Below, piece after piece: positions 20,832 through 30,939 of a stretch of 64,000 bases of DNA. The first letter of the stretch is position 1, and each line of letters opens with the position of its first letter. The stretch spans positions 806,001-870,000 of the forward strand of contig JAIVFI010000006.1 of NCBI GenBank assembly GCA_025558095.1. The letters are read 5' to 3'. A program made the translations under genes and the position numbers. The stretch comes from Hyaloraphidium curvatum SAG 235-1. Taxonomy: Eukaryota; Fungi; Monoblepharomycota. The notes below the pieces were generated by a model. The model did not search any database, was not told the DNA's origin, and was given only the letters and a program-made list of their open reading frames with translations.

Positions 20832-21008
20832 TGTTCTTGTATATTGGTTCTTTAGGTGATCAATCGATTCTTGCTTTCCGCAGCACGTTCGAACCCGAAT
20901 CCGGAGTTCAATGCATGACGGATCTAGTGCGCGCTAGCGGCGAATCCGGAGTTCCGTCCAAACAAACAACTCAAAGGTGCCGGGGGCCGGAGCCCGGAGC
21001 ACACCGCA

Positions 21009-21890
21009 ATGACCTCGCCCCCCGGCATCCGAACCTGCCTCGCGGTGCTGGCGTGCCTTGCGGTGCCGCTCCTGGTCCCCTGGGGGCCCCTTGTCCCTGC
21101 GCCGGCAAGTGCGCCGGACGTTCCGCCGCCGGTCCCGCAGCCGGCCGTGCCGCCCGAGGCCGTCGACGGCTGGCTGCTCGAGCTCCCGGTGGACCCCGAC
21201 GGCGACGGCCGCGCTGACCGCGTGCCGCTCTCCGGCGTGCTGCTTGCGGGGCACCCGCCGTGGTTCGTCCCCGGCCCCGCGGGGTTCGTGCTGCGGTCGC
21301 CCGTGCACGGCGCGCGGTCGCGCACGTCTAAGTTCGTGCGCTGCGAGCTGCGCGAGAGCGGCGCCCCGGAGCGCAACGGCTCGCGGCGCCGCGCCCCCGA
21401 CTGGCCGTGCATGTCGACAGCCCGCGGGATTGTCGCCGAGCTCGCCGTGCTCGCCGCCCCGCCGAAGCGGCCGCGGGTCATCATCGCGCAGCTGCACGAG
21501 AAAATGCACGACCTCGCGTACGCCGCCTACGTCGGACAGCAGACAGGGGGGCCCGGGGAGCTGGTGCTCCGCGCAAACGACGCCCGCAACCGCACCACGC
21601 TGGACGCCGCCTACTCGCTCGGCGACACGCTGCGGTTGGAGATCGCCGTGGAGAACGGCACGCTGACCGTGGGATACCTCAACCGGCGGACGGGCGCCTC
21701 GGCCGCCGCGCGCTTCCGCATCGACCCGGGCCTGGTCAGCGGCGGCTGCTTCTTCAAGACGGGCGCCTACCCGCAGGCGTACAGCGCCACGCAGGCGTAC
21801 CCGGCGCGGTGGAACGTCTCGGGGCCGTTCGACGAGCCGGACGCGTACGGCGAGGTGCTGGTCCGCAGCGTGCGGCTCTTCGGTTCCTAG
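21009..21890 (+). CDS. Polysaccharide lyase family 7 (alginate/glucuronan lyase-like), secreted, intronless
   Basis: Signal peptide plus the three PL7 motifs RCELRE, IAQLH and FFKTGAYPQ. Confidence 0.85.
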   Translation: MTSPPGIRTCLAVLACLAVPLLVPWGPLVPAPASAPDVPPPVPQPAVPPEAVDGWLLELPVDPDGDGRADRVPLSGVLLAGHPPWFVPGPAGFVLRSPVHGARSRTSKFVRCELRESGAPERNGSRRRAPDWPCMSTARGIVAELAVLAAPPKRPRVIIAQLHEKMHDLAYAAYVGQQTGGPGELVLRANDARNRTTLDAAYSLGDTLRLEIAVENGTLTVGYLNRRTGASAAARFRIDPGLVSGGCFFKTGAYPQAYSATQAYPARWNVSGPFDEPDAYGEVLVRSVRLFGS

Positions 21891-21946
21891 CAATCCAGGC
21901 CGGTGTCCACCCCGAGGCGAAAAGACAGGAGCCCAGTGCAGTTGTG

Positions 21947-24067
21947 TCACACCAGCTCCAACCGCCCGTGCACGCCGCCCCTCTTCCTCTCCTCGACCAA
22001 CCACCTCCCCCCCACGGCCTGCGCCATCTCCTCCATCGCCCGCACCACCCTCCCCATCGCCTCGACCTTCCACCCCACCCCCGTGCCCTTGTGCCCCCTC
22101 TTGACCCTGAACGCCACCCGCCCCCCGTCAGCGCGCACGAACAGCGTGCACGGCGGCGCGGGCGGCCACGGCTGCCCGCGGCTGGGGATCTTCCCGGACC
22201 AGGTGCACATGCCGTGCAGCAGGGCGCGCAGGAGGACGTAGTCCGTCCGCAGCGCGACGCCGCCCCACGGGTCCGCCGCCGTGGCGTTTGGCCGCCCCCG
22301 GGGGCCCTCGGGCACCACCCTCACGCGGTCCGCCCAACCGCGGTGCTGCGCCGCCATCACCCCGCTCAGGTCCTCCAGCAGCTCCCACAGCGCGAACCGT
22401 TCCTCCACCAGCGCGGACTTGGCATCGTGCGGCGCGAGCGGCATCCCCACGAACCGCGCGTGCTCCGCGCGGGCGGCGGCGATCCACGCCGGGACGGAGC
22501 CGAGCCGCCGCGCAAGCTGGTGCTCGTACAGCGATTCCGGGCGCACGGGGCGGCCCGGATTGACGTTTGCGAGCACCGTGCGCGGGTCGACAGCAAGGGG
22601 GTCGCCGTGCAGCCCGACGAAGAGGGGCCGCGCGATGCGGGGGAGGTTGGCCCGGCGCGGGCCCCAGAAGTCCACTTCCCCTTCCGGGGTCTGATCGCGG
22701 TGGAGGGTGTTCCAGTGCACGAGGCCGAACGCGTGGTGCGGGTACGCCCGCTCGGGGCCGAAGCTCGCGGCCACGGAGCCGCCGGCCGCCGCGTCGACGA
22801 GGGTGGCGTAGGGCAGGTTGCCGTGGAAATCAAAGGCCTGCGAGGGCGCGAGGGACCAGCGCCAGGCGACGGTGCCGCACGCCGAGTTGCCGACGCTCGC
22901 GGCGTGCAGCTGGCCCCCCGGGGTCTCGTCGTCCGAGAGCGCGAGGAGGGTGAAGGAGGAGGAGCGCACGGCGGCGTTGAAGTGCGAGGGGTTGCCGACG
23001 AAGCGGAGGTGCGAGGCGGTGCAGCCCAGGGCGCGGCGGAAGACGAGCGCGGTGTTGCAGCTGGCAAAGACGAGGCGGCGCGCGAAGCAGCCGGCGACCT
23101 CGTCGAACGCCACAGCGTCCCAGCCCTCGTCGTCGAGGATGGAGCGGTGGTGCGCAAAGGCCGTGCGCATGGCGCCGTGGAAGGCGATGTCCTCGATGCC
23201 GACGTTTTCCAGCACGTCCGCCATGCGGCACACGGAAGCGCCGGCGTCAAAGTCGACGAGCACGGGTTCGTGCAGGAGGAGTTCCCAGTGGGGTCTGCCC
23301 GACGAGTCCGAAGTCCGCCGCACCTCGGCCACGCGGTGCCGCTCCTCGACGAACGCCTCCCCCCCGGCGACGCGGGTCCACGCCGGGTCGGGTTCCAGCC
23401 CGGCAAGCAGGGTGTCCCGCATCGCGCCCCGCGCGTTCGCCTTGATCCGGATCACGTCGCCCCTGCGGAACGCCCCCGCATCGAGGACGTGCACGGCAAA
23501 GCCCCCGCGCCGCGCCCGCACCGCCAGCCCCGTGAGCGCGGCGGGCTCGGCCGGCCCCGGCCCAAACACAAACACCGCCGGGATGGCGTTGAAGTCCGCT
23601 GCCGCCTTCGGCATCGGGAACGGTTCCCGCGGGCCGGCGTGGACGATGCGCACGACGGTGCCGCCCGCTCCCGCCCCCGCGCCGCGCACGACGATGTTCG
23701 AGCCGTTGACTCTGATGGGCCGCGAGGCGCCGCGCACCGTCCACACCAGCAGGCGGCCGGCGGGCAGCTCGACGACGCCGCCGCCCGCGCGCTCGGCGGC
23801 CGCCACGGCGGCGCGGATGGCGGCCTCGTCGGACCGATCGTCGTCGGCGACCGCGCCAAAGTCGGCCGCGCGGAACACGGGGCGGCCGGCGACGACGGCC
23901 GCGGCATCGGGCACGCCGCGCTCGCCCCGGTCGAAGCCGGCGTACGAAAAGTCGGTGCCGACGAGCGATAAGGCGTCGGGCGGGGCCGTCGTCCGAAAAG
24001 CAAACAGCGCGCATAATGCCGCGAGCACCGCCGCCGCCGCCCACCGGGGCAGCCGCGCGGGCTGCAT
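21947..24067 (-). CDS. Pectate_lyase_3/DUF4955-like beta-helix carbohydrate-active protein, intronless
   Basis: Signal/anchor, DFSYAGF, FGAVADDDRSDEAAIRAA, GGVVELPAG, NIVVRGAG, ENVGIED, DFHGNLPYATL and PESLYEHQLARRLG. These resemble bacterial (Bacteroidota-type) DUF4955 proteins. Confidence 0.7.
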   Translation of the reverse strand: MQPARLPRWAAAAVLAALCALFAFRTTAPPDALSLVGTDFSYAGFDRGERGVPDAAAVVAGRPVFRAADFGAVADDDRSDEAAIRAAVAAAERAGGGVVELPAGRLLVWTVRGASRPIRVNGSNIVVRGAGAGAGGTVVRIVHAGPREPFPMPKAAADFNAIPAVFVFGPGPAEPAALTGLAVRARRGGFAVHVLDAGAFRRGDVIRIKANARGAMRDTLLAGLEPDPAWTRVAGGEAFVEERHRVAEVRRTSDSSGRPHWELLLHEPVLVDFDAGASVCRMADVLENVGIEDIAFHGAMRTAFAHHRSILDDEGWDAVAFDEVAGCFARRLVFASCNTALVFRRALGCTASHLRFVGNPSHFNAAVRSSSFTLLALSDDETPGGQLHAASVGNSACGTVAWRWSLAPSQAFDFHGNLPYATLVDAAAGGSVAASFGPERAYPHHAFGLVHWNTLHRDQTPEGEVDFWGPRRANLPRIARPLFVGLHGDPLAVDPRTVLANVNPGRPVRPESLYEHQLARRLGSVPAWIAAARAEHARFVGMPLAPHDAKSALVEERFALWELLEDLSGVMAAQHRGWADRVRVVPEGPRGRPNATAADPWGGVALRTDYVLLRALLHGMCTWSGKIPSRGQPWPPAPPCTLFVRADGGRVAFRVKRGHKGTGVGWKVEAMGRVVRAMEEMAQAVGGRWLVEERKRGGVHGRLELV

Positions 24068-24190
24068 GTCAGCGCATGCTGCCTGTTGTGGTTGCTGCGG
24101 GCGGCGTGCGATCCCCCTCGGCCCCTCGGCTGGACCCATCAACATGCCGTCCGCAGCAAAACCGACCGCAGCAGTCCACCAGCGTCGAAC

Positions 24191-25601
24191 ATGGGGGGCA
24201 GCAGCCGGCCGCTGAAGGCGCTCGCGCTCGCCGTCGTCGGCGTGGCGGCGCTCGGGTGGGCGGCGCCGTGGCAGGCCGGGCTGCCGCCGCATCCCCCGCC
24301 CCCTCCCGGCACCCTCGCCGCGCTGCCGCGGAAAATGACCATCGCCGTGAGCCGGACCGCGTGTCTGCCTTGAAACGATCTCACTGTGCTCGTTGCGTCA
24401 GGTGGTCAACGGCAACAAGTCGCACCAGAACGGGTACGCCGCCGTGCTCTACGCGCTGTCGCGCATGTGGCCTGCGCCGGACGTGACGCTATTCCGCGCG
24501 CCACCGTCGTTCGGCATCGCGTCCGTGACCGCGGCCTTCTTCTCCGGGCCGACGAAACCCTTCGAGGACTTTTTCGCGGACCCGTGCGCGTTCGACGCCG
24601 TCGTCTTTGCGACCGCCCCCTTCGACCGCATGCACCCGGCCGTGCCCGACAACCTCACCGCCAGGCTGATTGCGTGCCGATCACCATCCTCAGGACACGC
24701 GGGCCTGGGTCTTGAACATGCAGGCCGACCAGCCAGCCCCCGCCTCGTGTTCCAGCTGCACAACGCCGACTCGTTCGACGCGCACCCGCCGTCGCTGGAC
24801 CTCCTGCGCGCCCTGCAGCCCGGCGCCGTGCTCGCCGTGGCCCCGCACACGGCGGCGCACATCCGAGCTTCCCTCGCTCGGCACTCCCTGGACGCCGCGG
24901 TGGCGGGCCCGGTGGACTACCTCGTCACCGCCGCCCCGGCCGTGTGCCCCGGCCTGGAGCTGGCGCACCGCAGCGGGCTCGTCGTGCAGGGCAAGATCTC
25001 CCGGGTGCGGCGCAACCTCACCGCCGTGTGGTCCGCCGCGCGCGACCTCCCCGCCGGCTCGCCGCTGCTCCCGATCCGCCTCGTGGGGATGATGGACACG
25101 ACCCCCCGCGGCCGCCCCGCGCTGCCCGCGGACCTGCTCGGGGGCGCAAGGCTGCAGGTGCCGTTCCGCAAGCAGCCGGGCGAGTTCCCGGAGTACTACG
25201 GCGCCGTCGCCCGCGGCGTCGCCCTGCTCCCCGCGCTGCCGGACCCCGGCACGGCGGACGGGTACGACTACTTCTCCAGCAAATCCACGTCGACCGTGCC
25301 CGTCTCGCTGATTGCCCTGACGCCGCTCGTCTCCACCCCCAGGCTGCTCGAGGCCTACGCCTACCTCCCGCCGGAAGCCACGCTGCGCGCCGCGGACGGC
25401 ACCGTCGGCGCCGCCGCGCGCGCGCTGGCCGAGGCGGACTACGGCGGCGTGCTGGCGGCCCTGGGGAGGGCGAGGGACTGCGTGATGGCGAGGAACGCCG
25501 AGGTGCTGGCGAGGGCGGTGGCGGGGAGGACGGAAGGCGGGCCGCTGCCGGATCGGTACTGCGGCGAAGGAGGGGCGGGCGAGCCCGGAGCCGGGCGGTG
25601 A
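24191..25601 (+). CDS. Putative GT-B-like glycosyltransferase with N-terminal anchor (intron 24347-24401)
   Basis: TM/signal LALAVVGVAALGWA; C-terminal LVVQGKISRVRRN, YYGAVARGVALLPAL, YFSSKSTSTVPVSL..TPLV resemble a GT-B donor-binding lobe. The family is uncertain. Confidence 0.5.
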
Positions 25602-25927
25602 ACCGGGAGGGGAGGGGGTGCCGGTGCGCATTTTGGGCCCGCGGATCCGCTCCCGGACCCGACGGAGACGGCCGGTCCGATCGAGCCTGTCTTCGGGGTG
25701 CGGACCGCCTCGCCGGGCAGCCGTCGGCGGGAAACGAGGGGGAGGCGGCAAAACAGTGCAGGACTAATGTGTTGTCCCTGATTTAGTTCGATGCCGATTT
25801 AGTTCGATGCCCATGGGCTGTGTCGAGAGTTGGGGTGTTGGTGCGACCATTGCAGATCTGGGAGGTTCGCGGCGTACACCTCATTGGAACGCGCTCCCCC
25901 TCATCCGTTCCCCCGCCACACACCGCC

Positions 25928-27166
25928 ATGATGAGGGGCCGCATTGTCTTCGACGAGGACGACGACCGCGACGAACTCATGAGCACCGGGTGGGGCTCGG
26001 CGCCGCCCTCGCCCCCGTCGGACGCGGGCCGCATGGACGACCCGGACGCGTTCCACGGCGGCCCGCCGCACCCGCACGGAGCCTTTCCGATCATTTTCGA
26101 CCACCTCGCGGCGAACGGGCTGAACAAGACGCTGCTCCGCTGCGCCCTCGCGTGCCGCGGCCTCCACGAGATCTGCATGCCGCTGCTCCTCCGCCGCCTG
26201 GCGCCGCTGCACGGCGTGCTGTTCCCGCCCAAAAAGGTCACCTCGGCGTGGCTCCGCTTCGCCGACGCGGCGACGGCCGACGGCCGCCTCGCCGGCGTGG
26301 CCGCGCTGGACATGTCGCACGCCTCGCGGTGGTACTCGCGCAACGCGTCGGCGGCCGCGGCGTGCCGCAGGATCCTGCGGGGGTGCACCAATATGGCGGA
26401 GCTCGCGATCCACATCACGCCGAGGAACGTGGAGGACCTCGGGCCGATCCTGTCCGCGTGCGGCTCGGTGCGCAGGCTGCGGCTCGCGCTGCCGTACGAG
26501 ATCGCGAGGACGGGGATGCACCCGCTGCCCAGGTACACCGAAGAGGTCCACATCACAATCTCGAGCGATCCCGCGGTCAAGATCCGGGGCGACCTCTCCC
26601 CGCTGTGGCACGCCCTCGACCAGCTCGAGCACCTCGAGTCGTGGACCCTCGCCGGCGGCCCCGACGCCTCCCTCGCGCAGTACGAGAACCTCGTCTACCT
26701 GCTGTCCTCCCTCGACGCCGGCGACGCCGCCCTCCCGGCCGAGCTCCTCCGCGCAAGGTACTTGCGCCCCCTCGACCTGGCGTTTGCCCCCCCGCGCGAC
26801 CCCGCCGCCTGGCCCGCGGTCGCCAGGCTGCGCATCGAGGGCACGCTCGTCCTGCACGGGCCCGAGACGAGGATGTTCCTCCGCGGGTGCCCCGAGGCGG
26901 GTGAGCTCCGCATCGTGCGGCCGGTGCCGACGATGTTGGCGGCGGACGCGAGCAGCCTCGGCCACGAGGGGCGGATGGCGGCGGTCCGCACCGTGTTGAG
27001 GAGGAGGGTGGGGAGGCTTGCGGTGCAAGCGTACCCGCCCGATGCGGACGCCAAGATGCAGGCGCGCGGGTGGTTCACGGCCAAGGAGAAGAGGTTCTGG
27101 CGCGAGGTGGCCGACGAGTGGCTCGCGCAGGGGATCGAGCGTGACCCGAGGAAGAGGCTTTGGTGA
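25928..27166 (+). CDS. F-box-like / LRR-like hypothetical protein
   Basis: FPIIFDHL...TLLRCALACRGLHEICMPLL (F-box-like) followed by LxxLxL-type segments. Confidence 0.55.
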   Translation: MMRGRIVFDEDDDRDELMSTGWGSAPPSPPSDAGRMDDPDAFHGGPPHPHGAFPIIFDHLAANGLNKTLLRCALACRGLHEICMPLLLRRLAPLHGVLFPPKKVTSAWLRFADAATADGRLAGVAALDMSHASRWYSRNASAAAACRRILRGCTNMAELAIHITPRNVEDLGPILSACGSVRRLRLALPYEIARTGMHPLPRYTEEVHITISSDPAVKIRGDLSPLWHALDQLEHLESWTLAGGPDASLAQYENLVYLLSSLDAGDAALPAELLRARYLRPLDLAFAPPRDPAAWPAVARLRIEGTLVLHGPETRMFLRGCPEAGELRIVRPVPTMLAADASSLGHEGRMAAVRTVLRRRVGRLAVQAYPPDADAKMQARGWFTAKEKRFWREVADEWLAQGIERDPRKRLW

Positions 27167-27232
27167 GGGTGGGTGGCCGTCGCGTGCAGAGAGGTTGCGG
27201 CCGGTCGGCGGGCCGTTGGAGAATGGAGGTGT

Positions 27233-28173
27233 TCATGCGTTGTTGAGCTTGAGCACGTAGTCGACGACCTGGGATAGCGAAGAGATCTGGCCGGGGCCGT
27301 CGATCGGCTTGCCGCGCTTCAGGAGCAGCGCATGCCAACCGGCTTTTGTGGCCGATTCGTAGTCCCTGTCCGGGGGCGTAGTGTCAGGGCGTCGAGCCGG
27401 GCCCTCCTTGGCTGCCCGCCCCGCGACCCACTTTTCCAGGTCATCCCCGACGTGCAGGCACTCCCCCGGCGCCATCCCCTCACCCTCCTTCACCATCCCG
27501 CTCGCCTCCCCCCGCACCCTCTCCCAGACCCGCGGATCCGGCTTCTCGGCGCCCATCTCGTAGCTCCCCAGCGCAAAGTCCGCGGAGATCCCCAGCGTCC
27601 GCAGCACGGCGCCGAGCCGGTCGTCCATGTTCGACGTGCAGCATATGATAGGGCGGGAAGGAAGCGCGCGGAGGGCGTCGAGGGCCGGGAGGGCGTCGGG
27701 GTAGACCTGTCACTGCCGGTGAGCCATGTTCCCGCGCCCTCGAGAGACAACCCACCGTGTACCGCCCCGGATCCCGCGCGAACCCGTCGTACAGCTCCGC
27801 GATCACCGCCTCCCTCCCCGCCGGATCGCGCGCCAGGTCCACCCCGGCCCGCGCGAACGCGTCGCCGATCACCGCCTCCCACCACCCCCGCACGCCCAGC
27901 GAGCCCCGCCCGAAGTTCGGGTGCGAACGCGAGAAGGCCGCGCGCGCGGCGGAGAACGACGCGTCGAGGCGGGATTCCGGGGACGGGAGGGCGGCGAGGG
28001 GGGCGAGGAGGGACGGCGGGAGGTGCGTGCGGGCCGCGGCGAGCTGCCGATCCCGGCGGTCAGGGGCCGCATCGCGGGGCGAACAGGGCGCCGATCCCCA
28101 CGTACTGCGCGCCGACGGAGCCGCGCGGGCTGAAGAGGGTGCCGAACGCGTCGAACGACACGAGGCGGATCAT
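27233..28173 (-). CDS. HAD-superfamily hydrolase, HDHD3-like (multi-exon)
   Basis: MIRLVSFDAFGTLF (motif I), TSNMDDRL (II), AEKPDPRVW (III), LHVGDDLEK-DY..A.KAGW (IV). Three short introns. Confidence 0.88.
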
Positions 28174-28250
28174 GTTTGTCGTCTCCGGATGCAACGACTC
28201 TACAACTCACGAGTTGGTTGACGCAGATGCGGTGCCTACATGATGGCAAA

Positions 28251-29330
28251 TCAACTAAACTGCTTTCCGTCCCGCCGTAGCTTTGCTACGCGCGAACAAC
28301 CGCCAGAAATCCGCACACGGTTCGCCGCGCGCAACGAGACTTCCAGGACCGTCCCCTGCCCCAGCCTCTCCAGGGCGGCGGCGATAGCTTCCTGTTGCAT
28401 ATCTGTGATCATCCTGTGGCGCCAGCTGATTTGGATACGGATCCGGGGGATCCCCGGGCGCAGCACGCGAAGCATGGCGACGGCGTCCGAGGGTGGCACA
28501 TCCCGGAGGCTCAGGCTCTCCGTTATCGACATCGTGGCAAGGATGGGCAGGTGGTAGCTAAAGAGCTTCGGGGGATCAGAGAGGGAGAGTCTGAGGTGCT
28601 GGATCCGTATGTCCTGGATATGCGCAAAGTCCACCAGGTACTCGGTCGTGATCCCGAGCTCGGTGATCCTCGTTGCCAGGCGAGGACAGCGCGAAAAGGA
28701 GGCCCCTTGAGGACAGGAAACAGCCTCGAGATTGGGGAGCTGTTCGAAATGCCGCATGAGGCGATTGAAACCGAACCCCAACACATTAATCTTGCGCAGG
28801 TTCGGCATCGTTTCCGAAAGGGGCCGAGGTCCGAAGGCAAACAGTTCCTCGACGTGTGTGTCGCCGACCCCTAACTCCTCCACTTCGGGCGCACCCAGGG
28901 TGCCCAACACCGCCCAGACAGCGTCCAATCCGACGCGGGGCACGATCTGGAACTCGATGGCCTTGACGGTCGCGGCGCAGCGGCGAAACAGCTCCAAGAG
29001 CGCGTCCCAATAGTCCGCATTCATCTCCACTTGGTTGCCTCCTTTGTTCCACGTGATGCGGCTGACGCGGGTGTAGCGCGCCGGGTCCCTGGCGACGGCG
29101 CCCAACGCCGCCGCCGACATGAACTCGAGCCACAGATCGCGGGATAGCAGCGGCAGGGCAATCTCGCTGCAGGCCCGGATGGCGAGGGCGAAATGCAGCA
29201 CGTTGGAACGAGCCCGGCGGCCGGGCCGGCGGCCCAAGACGCGTTCCAGGATGATGAGCGCGATCTCGAGCGGCAGGCCCGGGATGGCGGCATCGGCGTA
29301 CGCGTCCGCAGCGGCGGGAGGATCGCTCAT
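28251..29330 (-). CDS. F-box-like / LRR-like hypothetical protein
   Basis: N-terminal GLPLEIALIILE (F-box-like) and MPNLRKI, LPNLEAV repeats. Lower GC than neighbouring genes. Confidence 0.6.
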   Translation of the reverse strand: MSDPPAAADAYADAAIPGLPLEIALIILERVLGRRPGRRARSNVLHFALAIRACSEIALPLLSRDLWLEFMSAAALGAVARDPARYTRVSRITWNKGGNQVEMNADYWDALLELFRRCAATVKAIEFQIVPRVGLDAVWAVLGTLGAPEVEELGVGDTHVEELFAFGPRPLSETMPNLRKINVLGFGFNRLMRHFEQLPNLEAVSCPQGASFSRCPRLATRITELGITTEYLVDFAHIQDIRIQHLRLSLSDPPKLFSYHLPILATMSITESLSLRDVPPSDAVAMLRVLRPGIPRIRIQISWRHRMITDMQQEAIAAALERLGQGTVLEVSLRAANRVRISGGCSRVAKLRRDGKQFS

Positions 29331-29493
29331 CGCGTGCGGTCGAGGTCGAATTCTCACACCAATCCCTTGAGCGTCGGAAACCCCGGTCTCGGCCACTTCG
29401 CTCCCGGCATTCAGGCTCCGAGAGCACTTCGGTTGTGCCGTTCGCTGCTCTTCTTGTGCGGAACCTCGTTTTGGAAGCTTCTCCCGGCCCGCA

Positions 29494-30915
29494 ATGCCGC
29501 GGACCAAGCAGATCACGAACTACTTCAAGCCCGGCCCGGCCCCGGCTCCGGAACCCGAGGAGCGCTATTCGGACGACTACGAGCTGGACTCATTCATTGC
29601 CAGCGACGACGAAATCGAAGTCTTGGACTCGGACAGCTCGCCGGCGGAGGAAGCGGAAGGCGGGCGCGGGAAGCGGCGGCGGCTGGTCCGCCGCGAAAAG
29701 GGCGCCGCGCGGTCCGGGTCTTCGGAAGAGGAGGAGGAGGCGACGAGCACGCCACCGGAGCCGAAGAAGAAGAAGGAGAAGGAGGAGCCGAAGCCGCTGG
29801 ACGTCTTTGCCATTTCCGACACGTCTTCCGAAGACGAGGACGGAGCTTCGTCGTCAAAGACCCCGGCCAAACGCTCTGGCTCGGGCAAGAGCAGCGCCAA
29901 AAATGCCCACTCGACGCGCAAGATCAAGAAATCCCCCTCCCCCGAGGCCGAGGAGTTCGTTGCGGCAGTCCTGGAGGAGTTCGACGAGGCGCAGCAGTCC
30001 CGCCCCGTGAACCTCTTGGACGACCGGCAGCACTGGGAGTTTGTCACGCGCACCCAGTCAGGGAACGTGTACCGCTACCGGGACCGCCGGGATCTGGCGC
30101 CCAAGTTCAAGTCGGGGCGGACCAAGGGGCTGGTGCGGGAGGACGTGGCGGATGAGGAGGACGAGAGCGGGGACGAGGATCTGGAGGACTTTATCGTGGG
30201 TGACGACGAGGTCGACGAGGAAGAGTCTTCGGACGAGGAGGAGAGCGGGTCGGATCGGAAGAAGGGCAGGCGCAAATCGGCTTCCAAGGGCAAGGCAAAG
30301 GGCAAGGGGAAGGCCAAGGAGAAGGCCTCCAGCAATGGCCGGCGGAAGCGGGATCCCACGCCCTCGGAATCTGAGGAGGACAGCGCCAGCTCCTCGGAAT
30401 CGGACCGCAAGCGGACATCGTCGCGGAAACGCGGACGAAGCTCCGGCGGGAACTCGGCCTCGAAGCCCGCCAAGCGCCGGCTCGCGAACCGGCGGCGATC
30501 CCCCACCCCCGAAACGGAACGCGATTCCGACGGCAGCTCGTCGTCATCCTCGGATCTCGAACCCCCGGAGAGCCTGGCCAAGCCTAAGCCGAGCAACCCG
30601 CCGTCCTCCGGCAAGAGGAAGCTCGTGCGGCGGCCGCGCAGCCCCGAGCCGGAGCCGGACAGCGAGCCCGAGCCCGTCAAGCCTGCCGCACGGGGAAGCA
30701 AGCGCGCCCGCTCGCCCTCACTCGAGCCCGAACCCGCGCTGCGGAACGAGTCCTCCTCCTCGGATCTGGAACCCCCGCAGCATCTCGCCCGCAGCGCGCG
30801 CAAGCCCGCGCCGGCTCCGAAACCGGCGCCGATCGTGGTGGACTTGGACAACGACGAGGGCGAGGCGAAGCCAAAGAGGAGGCTGATCAGGCACAAGCGG
30901 AGCGACAGTGGGTGA
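29494..30915 (+). CDS. Low-complexity acidic/basic, probably nuclear, disordered protein
   Basis: 473-aa ORF with codon-like composition, DSFIASDDE and EDFIVGDDE motifs, K/R clusters and a PIP-box-like N-terminus (KQITNYF). Confidence 0.65.
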   Translation: MPRTKQITNYFKPGPAPAPEPEERYSDDYELDSFIASDDEIEVLDSDSSPAEEAEGGRGKRRRLVRREKGAARSGSSEEEEEATSTPPEPKKKKEKEEPKPLDVFAISDTSSEDEDGASSSKTPAKRSGSGKSSAKNAHSTRKIKKSPSPEAEEFVAAVLEEFDEAQQSRPVNLLDDRQHWEFVTRTQSGNVYRYRDRRDLAPKFKSGRTKGLVREDVADEEDESGDEDLEDFIVGDDEVDEEESSDEEESGSDRKKGRRKSASKGKAKGKGKAKEKASSNGRRKRDPTPSESEEDSASSSESDRKRTSSRKRGRSSGGNSASKPAKRRLANRRRSPTPETERDSDGSSSSSSDLEPPESLAKPKPSNPPSSGKRKLVRRPRSPEPEPDSEPEPVKPAARGSKRARSPSLEPEPALRNESSSSDLEPPQHLARSARKPAPAPKPAPIVVDLDNDEGEAKPKRRLIRHKRSDSG

Positions 30916-30939
30916 TCTTGACTTTTTGGTGAATTACAG

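Noticed and set aside
21407-23971. 854-aa plus-strand ORF and similar long Arg/Pro/Gly-rich ORFs (e.g. 30075-32171, 60670-62607)
   Set aside because: Shadow frames of real genes in ~70% GC DNA; no domain motifs.
12226-25601. Bacterial contaminant or chimeric contig
   Set aside because: Intronless genes are interleaved with spliced genes (DUF829, 24191 gene), carry eukaryotic anchors, show no operon/RBS layout and match the flanking composition.
25780-25811. 16-bp tandem duplication GATTTAGTTCGATGCC x2; also (GA)n at ~43590 and (GACT)4 at ~62154
   Set aside because: Real, but short simple repeats with no evidence of function or of a mobile-element boundary.
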